DNA of 63,301 nt from a virus (lineage: Duplodnaviria > Caudoviricetes): positions 1 through 63,301 of IMG/VR virus record IMGVR_UViG_3300030372_003811; one strand, 5' to 3'. The notes beneath the pieces were generated by a model. It saw only the letters and a list, made by a program, of their open reading frames with translations. It was not told the DNA's origin and ran no database searches. The position numbers and the translations under genes were made by a program. Positions 56,183 through 63,301 of this stretch are shown here, in pieces. Positions within the stretch are counted from its first letter, which is position 1. Each line of letters opens with the position of its first letter.

Positions 56183-56869
56183 ATGGCATATACTTTAGCA
56201 AATTTAAGAACGGATATTAGAGGATACACAGAAGTTTCAAGCACGGTTTTAAGTGATTCTGTTTTAGATACAATTACTAAAAATACAGAAAATCAAATTT
56301 TAAGAGCAGTTCCTACAGATCAGAATGCTCATTATGCTACTTCTAATTTAGTGGTTAATAATAGATATGTGACAATTCCATCAGATTTAAGATCTATTAA
56401 TTATGTTCAATTAACAGATGCTAATGGAAAACAAACTTTTCTAGAACAAAGAGATCCAAGTTTTATGGCTGAGTATTATTCTACTCCAGATGCAGCTGCC
56501 GTGAGTATTCCAAAATACTATGGAAATTGGGATGAATTGTATTGGGTTGTTGCACCTAGCCCCGATACTTCTTATAAAATTACTTTGGCTTACAATAAAG
56601 AACCTACTAGTCTGGTGACAGATACAGCTGGAACTTATCTATCTAATAAATACCAAGATCTCCTTTTATATGGGGCTCTTGCAAATACATATGGGTACTT
56701 GAAAGGTCCGCAGGATATGTTACAATACTACCAGCAGCAATTTCAAAATGCGCTAACAACGTACGCAACTGAGCAAATCGGTTACAGACGCAGAGACGAA
56801 TACGAAGATGGCATGATTCGTCAACAATTAAAATCTAAGTCGCCATCAAGTTACGGAGTTAATAATTAA
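56183..56869 (+). CDS. Head-tail adaptor / tail tubular protein A-like
   Basis: PKYYG, VAPSPD, DLLLYGAL. Confidence 0.65.
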   Translation: MAYTLANLRTDIRGYTEVSSTVLSDSVLDTITKNTENQILRAVPTDQNAHYATSNLVVNNRYVTIPSDLRSINYVQLTDANGKQTFLEQRDPSFMAEYYSTPDAAAVSIPKYYGNWDELYWVVAPSPDTSYKITLAYNKEPTSLVTDTAGTYLSNKYQDLLLYGALANTYGYLKGPQDMLQYYQQQFQNALTTYATEQIGYRRRDEYEDGMIRQQLKSKSPSSYGVNN

Positions 56870-56881
56870 GGAGAAAATAAT

Positions 56882-57379
56882 ATGGCAAACTATGTACCAG
56901 ATCTAATGAAACCAAACCTTTTTAAAGGTAGTTTTGATTTTTCTACTGATACTATTTATTTAGCGTTGTTAACAAGTATTGCAGATGCAGGTTTTGCTCA
57001 AGCAACAGCAAATGCTTATTCAAGTGCAACAGCAGGACAAGTTGTAGCCGGAGGTGGTTATACTACTGATGGTCTTTCTTGTGGAGCTGGCACAGTTGCA
57101 AACGCAGGAACACAACCTCAATCAACTTATGTAAGTTTTGCAGGAACAAATTCTGACGGAAGTGCAGCAACTGCAAATACTATTAACTGGGTTGGATCAA
57201 CTATTACTGCAGCTTATGGCTGTATGTATAAATATGTTGCACCCGGCGGAGCAACAGCTAATCAGTACATTGTCGCTATTTTGGACTTTAGTGGATCAAA
57301 ATCATCTTCAAGTGGAGATTTTAAAGTGGTATTCCCTACAGTTACAACTGGCGCAGATGCAATTTTAAGTGTTACGTAA
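56882..57379 (+). CDS. Tail structural protein
   Basis: DFSTDTIYLAL, GGYTT.G, ILDFSG.KSSS.GDF. Confidence 0.65.
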   Translation: MANYVPDLMKPNLFKGSFDFSTDTIYLALLTSIADAGFAQATANAYSSATAGQVVAGGGYTTDGLSCGAGTVANAGTQPQSTYVSFAGTNSDGSAATANTINWVGSTITAAYGCMYKYVAPGGATANQYIVAILDFSGSKSSSSGDFKVVFPTVTTGADAILSVT

Positions 57380-57389
57380 GGAAAATTAA

Positions 57390-57779
57390 ATGGCTTTGGT
57401 TTTAAATGATAGAGTAAAACAGACGAGTACTACAGCAGGAACAGGAACTTTAGATTTAGATGCTAGCGTTCCAACTGGTTTTGTAAGTTTTGTAGCTGGT
57501 ATTGGAGATACCAATACTACTTACTATGCAATTTATGAAACTGGAACTGATAGGTGGGAAGTAGGATTAGGAACAGTTACCGATTCCACACCTGATACTT
57601 TATCAAGAGATACTGTTATAGATAATTCTTCTGGTAATACTTCAAAAATTACTTTTGCGGGAACGTTAGATGTATTTTGTACATTACCTGCAGATAAAGC
57701 AGTTTATTTAGATTCAACAGGTACACCAGTGGGAGCAGCAAGCGCAGGTTTTGCATTAGCAATGGCGGTCGCATTATAG
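57390..57779 (+). CDS. Tail protein
   Basis: MALVLNDRVK, WEVGLGT, C-terminal GFALAMAVAL. Confidence 0.7.
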   Translation: MALVLNDRVKQTSTTAGTGTLDLDASVPTGFVSFVAGIGDTNTTYYAIYETGTDRWEVGLGTVTDSTPDTLSRDTVIDNSSGNTSKITFAGTLDVFCTLPADKAVYLDSTGTPVGAASAGFALAMAVAL

Positions 57780-57792
57780 AAAAGGAAAAAAT

Positions 57793-58119
57793 ATGGCACA
57801 AGATTTTAGAAATGTATTAAAAAGCGCAACAGGAACTGTAGCAGTACCTGTTTTAGCAGCCGGAGATTATGATGCAGTAATTGGAATTAGACTTTGTAAT
57901 ATAGTTACATCTACTATTTTAGTTGATGTTTATATTACTAATACAGCAACAAATTATTATCTTGCAAAAAATGTAAGTATTCCCCCTAATTCAGCAATTG
58001 AGCTTATTCAGGGAGGAGCAAAAATTGTAATGGCTAATGGTGATACTTTATCAGTTAAAAGCGATACAGCATCCTCAGTTGATACTGTTCTTTCGTATAT
58101 TGACACAATTAGTTCGTAG
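57793..58119 (+). CDS. Tail protein
   Basis: MAQDFRN, GGAKIV...GD.L.V.SDTASS.D. Confidence 0.7.
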   Translation: MAQDFRNVLKSATGTVAVPVLAAGDYDAVIGIRLCNIVTSTILVDVYITNTATNYYLAKNVSIPPNSAIELIQGGAKIVMANGDTLSVKSDTASSVDTVLSYIDTISS

Positions 58120-58127
58120 GAGGAATT

Positions 58128-58304
58128 ATGACGGCAATAGTAAATGGAATCCAATATATAGGAGGTGCAACAGCCCCGAATGAATTTATACCTAATCAAG
58201 CGGCAACAATTGATGGGACTCAAACTGTAGAAAATGCAGTTTTAGCAGGCCCTCTTACTTTACCAGGTACAATTACTATACTAGGAACGGTGGTAATAGT
58301 TTAA
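58128..58304 (+). CDS. Small tail protein, 58 aa (not in ORF track)
   Basis: AGGAGG RBS; NAVLAGPLT...TVVIV*; TAATG coupling to fibre 1. Confidence 0.75.
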   Translation: MTAIVNGIQYIGGATAPNEFIPNQAATIDGTQTVENAVLAGPLTLPGTITILGTVVIV

Positions 58305-59761
58305 TGAGTAAAATAGAAGTAAATGAAGTAACGCAACAATGTGGAACAACTTTAACAGTTGGTGGTGGAGCTTGTAAAACTGCAGTAGTAGATGCAACGA
58401 CAGTAACTTTAGGTCGTTGTGGTGGTACAGTTTCACTAGCTTCAGGAGCAACTCAATCAGGATTTGGTAGAACAGGAACTGTTGATTGGATCACAACTCC
58501 ATATGCTACAGGAGATTCTCCTGTTACAGGAGTTTCCGGAAAAGGATATTTTTTAAATACAACAGCAGGCGTAATGACATTTAATTTACCAGCAGGTTCT
58601 GCTGGAGATATAATTTCTATAGCGGATTACGCAGCTACTTGGGATTCATTGTCTGTTACGGTTACTCCAAATGGTACCGATAAAATTGGTTCTCGAAATG
58701 AAAATGCAACACTGGCTACTAAAGGTCAATCAGTAACTTTTGTATATGTAGATACAACACAAGGATGGATTAATACTATGGACTCAACATCTAATGTTAG
58801 AGGAGCCCCTCCTTTTGTTGCTGCTACTGTTAGTGGCGCGTGTAATACTTTAGTTACAGCCCCTTGTTGTGCTAATGCTAAAATTGCAACTTTTGTAAGT
58901 CCAGGAACTTTTTGTGTTACAGGACTTTCACCGTGCGCAGCACAAAATGAAGTTTCTTATATGGTAGTAGCTGGTGGTGGAGCTGGTGGGTCAGCATATT
59001 ATGCGGGGGGAGCCGGAGCTGGTGGTTTTAGAGAAGCTAAAAGTCCACAAGCAACAGGTTATACAACCAGTCCTTTGTGTGGCTATCCAACTCCCGGAAA
59101 TAGAATTACAGTTTCAGTTCAAGGATATCCAATTCAAGCAGGTGGTGGAGGAGCTGCATCGCCTTGTGATGCTAATCCAGGAGGAAATGGAACTCCTTCA
59201 ATTTTTGATACTATAGTAGCTACTGGAGGTGGTGGTGGCGGATCAAGAGATTGTTCTGGTCCAGGAAGTCCATCAGGTCCAGTAGGAGGAAGAGCAGGCC
59301 AACCAGGCGGTTCAGGTGGTGGTGGAACAAATTCTGCTCCCTCAAGACCAGATTTAGGTGGTACAGGAAATACTCCCCCAACATCTCCTTCTCAAGGAAA
59401 TCCAGGTGGTACAGCTGGATACGGAGGTGCAGGTGGTGGCGCAGGCGCTGCCGGAGGAGCTGCACCCGACTCTGCTACAATAGGAATAGTAGGAGGAGCT
59501 GGAGTTACAACAGAAATTTCAGCATCACCAACGGCTTACGCTGGAGGTGGAGGAGGCGGAAGTTCTGGTACAACCAATACTCCAGGTGGAACAGGTGGTG
59601 GTGGAGCAGGAACAGGAAATTGTGGACCTGGACCAGCAGGAGCCGGAACAGCTAACACAGGTGGTGGAGGCGGAGGTGGTTCTTCAGGTCCAAGTGGAAC
59701 ATATATGCTAGGTGGTGCCGGTGGATCAGGTATAGTAATAATAAGGTATAAATTTCAATAA
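58304..59761 (+). CDS. Glycine-rich tail fibre/adhesin 1
   Basis: YMVVAGGG, poly-Gly repeats, ends GGSGIVIIRYKFQ. Confidence 0.8.
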   Translation: MSKIEVNEVTQQCGTTLTVGGGACKTAVVDATTVTLGRCGGTVSLASGATQSGFGRTGTVDWITTPYATGDSPVTGVSGKGYFLNTTAGVMTFNLPAGSAGDIISIADYAATWDSLSVTVTPNGTDKIGSRNENATLATKGQSVTFVYVDTTQGWINTMDSTSNVRGAPPFVAATVSGACNTLVTAPCCANAKIATFVSPGTFCVTGLSPCAAQNEVSYMVVAGGGAGGSAYYAGGAGAGGFREAKSPQATGYTTSPLCGYPTPGNRITVSVQGYPIQAGGGGAASPCDANPGGNGTPSIFDTIVATGGGGGGSRDCSGPGSPSGPVGGRAGQPGGSGGGGTNSAPSRPDLGGTGNTPPTSPSQGNPGGTAGYGGAGGGAGAAGGAAPDSATIGIVGGAGVTTEISASPTAYAGGGGGGSSGTTNTPGGTGGGGAGTGNCGPGPAGAGTANTGGGGGGGSSGPSGTYMLGGAGGSGIVIIRYKFQ

Positions 59762-59763
59762 TT

Positions 59764-61284
59764 ATGACAAGTACAATTAAAGTAGATACAATAAAAGATC
59801 AAGCAAGCACTAATATAGTTAATAAGTGTGGAACAACTATTAATATAGGAGCTCCAGGAGATACAACTAAAGTAGCGGCTAATACAATTAGATCTAATGC
59901 ATTACAAAATGCATGTGGAGGAAATACAATTAGTAAATGTGGAACGGCAGTTACAGTTGGTCAAAGTGGTGATACAGTTTCACTTGCCGCAGGTGCAAGT
60001 CAATCAGGTTTTGGAAGATCAGGTTCTGTTGATTGGGATACAGGTTCCATCAAAACAGGAACATTTACAGCATCTAATGGAAATGGTTATTTTATTGATA
60101 CCTCATCGAATATAGTAACGTGTAATTTAGCAGCTGCAACCGTAGGAGATATTGTTTCTTTAGCAGATTATGCAAGTACGTGGGCTACTTATAATGTAAC
60201 TCTTGTTCCAAATGGAACCGATAAAATTGGGGGTACAAGTGCTAATGCAACATTAGAAACTTCTGGTCAATCGGTTACTTTAGTTTATGTAGATACAACA
60301 CGAGGATGGGTTACAGTATTAGATTCTACGGCAGCTTTAGAAGGGGGTGCATTTATATGTGCAAGTGTCAGTGGGGCGTGTAATACTTTAGTTACAGTCC
60401 AAACAAATTATAAAGTCGCAACATTTTTAAATCCAGGAACCTTTTGTGTTTCTTCAGGTGGTGGTGGCAAAGCAAATGTAGATTATATGGTCATCGCCGG
60501 CGGTGGTGGTGGCGGTGGAGGAATTGGTGGTGGAGGAGCTGCAGGAGGTTATAGAGAATCTCATACTGTTCCTGTTTCAGGTCCTTATACTGCAAGTCCA
60601 TTGGCTGCAGCTTGTGGAGCTATACCCTTATCACCTGGTCCTTACGCAGTAGTAGTAGGAAGTGGTGGAGCTGGTACAGGAAGTCCTGGTGTTTCATTTC
60701 AACCAGATATTCCCGGTGTACCTGTTTCAACACAAGGAGGATTATCAAGTTTTTCAACAATAACTTCAGCAGGTGGAGGCTATGGCCGACACTATGGAAG
60801 TCAACCGAGTCCAACTTTAGGAGGTCCTGGTGGATCTGGTGGAGGAGGATCAGGTAATGTTGGCGGAAATGGTGGACCAGGAAATCAACCTCCTGTAAGT
60901 CCCCCTCAAGGTAATGATGGTGGAAATGGAAATCCTGCCAATCCGTGGGGTTCTGGTGGTGGTGGAGGAGCCGCAAGCGCAGGTAGTAATTGGGGCCCAG
61001 GTGGTTCAGGAAATGGTGGAGGTGCAACACCAACAGAAATTACTAATGCCGCAGTTGGAAGAGCCGGTGGTGGCGGTGGTGGTGGAAGTGGTTATGGATA
61101 TCCATCCGGTGGTAGTGGTGGAACTGGTGGTGGAACTGGTGGTCCAGGATCAAATTCAACAGGCGCAACTACAGGAACCGCAAATACTGGCGGGGGCGGT
61201 GGTGGTGGCCAACAATGTAGTGTTCAAAGAGGTGGTGCTAATGGAGGATCTGGCATAGTTGTAATAAGATATAAATTTCAATAG
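59764..61284 (+). CDS. Glycine-rich tail fibre/adhesin 2
   Basis: Paralog; ends GGSGIVVIRYKFQ. Confidence 0.8.
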   Translation: MTSTIKVDTIKDQASTNIVNKCGTTINIGAPGDTTKVAANTIRSNALQNACGGNTISKCGTAVTVGQSGDTVSLAAGASQSGFGRSGSVDWDTGSIKTGTFTASNGNGYFIDTSSNIVTCNLAAATVGDIVSLADYASTWATYNVTLVPNGTDKIGGTSANATLETSGQSVTLVYVDTTRGWVTVLDSTAALEGGAFICASVSGACNTLVTVQTNYKVATFLNPGTFCVSSGGGGKANVDYMVIAGGGGGGGGIGGGGAAGGYRESHTVPVSGPYTASPLAAACGAIPLSPGPYAVVVGSGGAGTGSPGVSFQPDIPGVPVSTQGGLSSFSTITSAGGGYGRHYGSQPSPTLGGPGGSGGGGSGNVGGNGGPGNQPPVSPPQGNDGGNGNPANPWGSGGGGGAASAGSNWGPGGSGNGGGATPTEITNAAVGRAGGGGGGGSGYGYPSGGSGGTGGGTGGPGSNSTGATTGTANTGGGGGGGQQCSVQRGGANGGSGIVVIRYKFQ

Positions 61285-61293
61285 GTAAAAATT

Positions 61294-62667
61294 ATGAGTG
61301 AAATAAAAGTAAATAAAATTAGTCCAAGAAACCCATGTGGTACAACTACATTAGGAGATAGTGGAGATACATTCACAATTCCTTCAGGTGTAACAATTTC
61401 TAATTTAGGAACTGCAGCAGGATTTGGTGGAACAGGAGAAATTTCGTGGGACACAACAGTTAAAACCACAGGAACCTTTACGGCAACATCTGGTGTAGGT
61501 TATTTTTTAAATACAACAGGTGGAACTATAACAGTTAACTTACCCGCAGGAACTGCTGGAGCTTCAGTAGCGATGGTAGATTATGCAGGAACTTGGCAAA
61601 CAAGTAATGTAACTGTTAGTCCTAATGGAACAGAAAAAATGGGTGGTGTAAATGCAGATGTAACTTTAAATACAGAAGGTCAATCCGTTCAATTTGTTTA
61701 TATAGATGGCGTTCAAGGTTGGATTAATGTTATAGACTCAACCTCTAATGTGAGAGGAAATAATTTTTTAGAAGCAACAGGTGGATGTATAACTACTTGT
61801 GGCAATTGTAAAATGCATACTTTTTTAAGCCCAGGAACTTTTGCAGTTTCTTCTGCTGGAGCTTGTGCTTCCAACAATGTAGTTTCTTATATGGTAGTGG
61901 CAGGTGGTGGCGGTGCCGGAGCAGGATATGGTGGTGGAGGAGGAGGTGGTGGATTTAGAGAATATAAAAGTCCCGTCACTCCTTATACAGCAAGTCCATT
62001 AGATGGTAATCCGGGAGGAACTTCTATTACAGTTTCAGCAACACCTTATCCAATTCAAGTTGGTGGTGGGGGAACCGGTAGTACCGGTCCAGGCCCCGCA
62101 GATGGAACTAGAGGTGATTCTTCAATTTTTTCAACAATTACATCCACTGGTGGTGGCGCAGGAGGAGATGTAGGTCCTTTACCAGCACCGGTAAGACCAG
62201 GAGGTTCAGGTGGAGGAGGTTCAGTCGCTAATCCTTCTTATCCCGGTTGTGGAGGAACAGGAAATACTCCTCCTACAACTCCAGCTCAAGGAACAAATGG
62301 TGGAAGTGGTTATTGTGGAAATAATTATAGATCAGGCGGAGGTGGTGGAGCAACAGTTGCTGGATCGCCCTCACCTAATGGATCATCAGGAGGATGTGGT
62401 GGAACAGGAGCAACAACAAGTATTTCAGCAAGTCCTACATCTTATTCTGGAGGTGGAGGTGGTGGGCAGTATAATGGTCTTCCAGCTGGTGGTGCAGCTA
62501 GTCCTTGTGGAACTGGTAAAGCTGCTAGTTTTACTCAAGGACCAGGACCTTCCGCAGCTGCAAACACTGGTGGTGGCGGTGGAGGTGGTGCAGGTAATAC
62601 CGATCCAGGACAAAATGGAGGAAATGGTGGCTCAGGAATTGTAATAATTAGATACAGATATCAATAA
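61294..62667 (+). CDS. Glycine-rich tail fibre/adhesin 3
   Basis: Paralog; ends GGSGIVIIRYRYQ. Confidence 0.8.
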   Translation: MSEIKVNKISPRNPCGTTTLGDSGDTFTIPSGVTISNLGTAAGFGGTGEISWDTTVKTTGTFTATSGVGYFLNTTGGTITVNLPAGTAGASVAMVDYAGTWQTSNVTVSPNGTEKMGGVNADVTLNTEGQSVQFVYIDGVQGWINVIDSTSNVRGNNFLEATGGCITTCGNCKMHTFLSPGTFAVSSAGACASNNVVSYMVVAGGGGAGAGYGGGGGGGGFREYKSPVTPYTASPLDGNPGGTSITVSATPYPIQVGGGGTGSTGPGPADGTRGDSSIFSTITSTGGGAGGDVGPLPAPVRPGGSGGGGSVANPSYPGCGGTGNTPPTTPAQGTNGGSGYCGNNYRSGGGGGATVAGSPSPNGSSGGCGGTGATTSISASPTSYSGGGGGGQYNGLPAGGAASPCGTGKAASFTQGPGPSAAANTGGGGGGGAGNTDPGQNGGNGGSGIVIIRYRYQ

Positions 62668-62715
62668 GATTTATGTATTTACACAAATTTAAAAACAATA
62701 TATAAGGAGAAATAT

Positions 62716-63165
62716 ATGGCACACTTTGCAAAAATAGGAATGAACGGAAAAGTTATTGGCGTATTAACGCTGGGTAACGGAGATATGCTGAACGCTGATG
62801 GCGTTGAAGATGAATCAGTAGGACAACAATATTTAGAGAGACATAATAATTGGCCTGCACAAATGTGGATTCAAACGTCTTACAACACTAAAGGTAATCA
62901 ACATACATTAGGTGGTACACCTTTCAGAGGCAATTATGCTGGTATAGGTTATGAATGGGACGACGAGAATCAAATATTTTGGTCTAAAAAACCTCATGCC
63001 TCTTGGGTTAAAAATACTAGCACAGCTAAATGGCACTCACCAATTGGAGATGCTCCGGATCTAACTGCCGAGCAAACATCACAAAATGAAGCTGGTACTC
63101 ATAATTGGATGTATAACTGGAATGAAGCTGGCCAATCTTGGGACTTGACAGACAGCAAAGCATAA
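62716..63165 (+). CDS. Fibre-associated conserved protein
   Basis: MAHFAKI, WIQTSYN, FRGNYAGIGY. Confidence 0.8.
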   Translation: MAHFAKIGMNGKVIGVLTLGNGDMLNADGVEDESVGQQYLERHNNWPAQMWIQTSYNTKGNQHTLGGTPFRGNYAGIGYEWDDENQIFWSKKPHASWVKNTSTAKWHSPIGDAPDLTAEQTSQNEAGTHNWMYNWNEAGQSWDLTDSKA

Positions 63166-63183
63166 ATTAAAAAGGTATGTGGT

Positions 63184-63301
63184 ATGCACAAGAAAGTATT
63201 ATCTGAAATAGATTTACATTATGGCACTATTGATATGCCTAAAGGTTTTGAAATAGACCGAGACAAACTTCAAAAAGATATTTTATCATCACAAATTAAA
63301 G
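63184..63301 (+). CDS. 5' fragment of the ORF 256 protein (window wraps)
   Basis: MHKKVLSEIDLHYGTIDMPKGFEIDRD... Confidence 0.85.
   Translation, partial: MHKKVLSEIDLHYGTIDMPKGFEIDRDKLQKDILSSQIK

Noticed and set aside
58974-62644. Alternative-frame ORFs rich in Val/Glu, Trp/Arg or His
   Set aside because: Off-frame readings of GGT/GGA glycine codon runs.

Overview
The window is an essentially complete, circularly permuted genome (~63 kb, AT-rich) of a tailed dsDNA podovirus-like phage. Gene content and the capsid sequence type suggest a marine pelagiphage-like virus of the HTVC023P / vSAG 37-F6 kind; this is an inference from recall, not a search. Modules in window order: five tandem 2OG-Fe(II) oxygenases; tail and ejection proteins; M15 endolysin and a SpeD-like decarboxylase; replication genes (SNF2 helicase, primase-polymerase, UvrD helicase, PolA with Leu762); accessory genes (SET domain, peptide deformylase, exonuclease, ParB-like pair); a candidate origin; TerS; an early region with GP88; TerL, portal, GroES, scaffold, capsid; and three Gly/Pro-rich fibre paralogs. 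No integrase, tRNA or CRISPR was seen. The most notable signals are non-coding. (1) An array of five back-to-back hairpins built from alternating 14-nt inverted repeats with unique inserts lies upstream of GP88 (35724-36007). (2) A promoter-bearing hairpin sRNA (27806-27868, minus strand) has a 5' arm complementary to the shared ribosome-binding leaders of the early genes and lies divergent from an unannotated RHH-like regulator. (3) A TCCCATA operator marks the same early promoters. (4) A hairpin loop at 3284-3297 is complementary to the start region of the oxygenase operon. The two ends overlap by 373 nt but carry different alleles.
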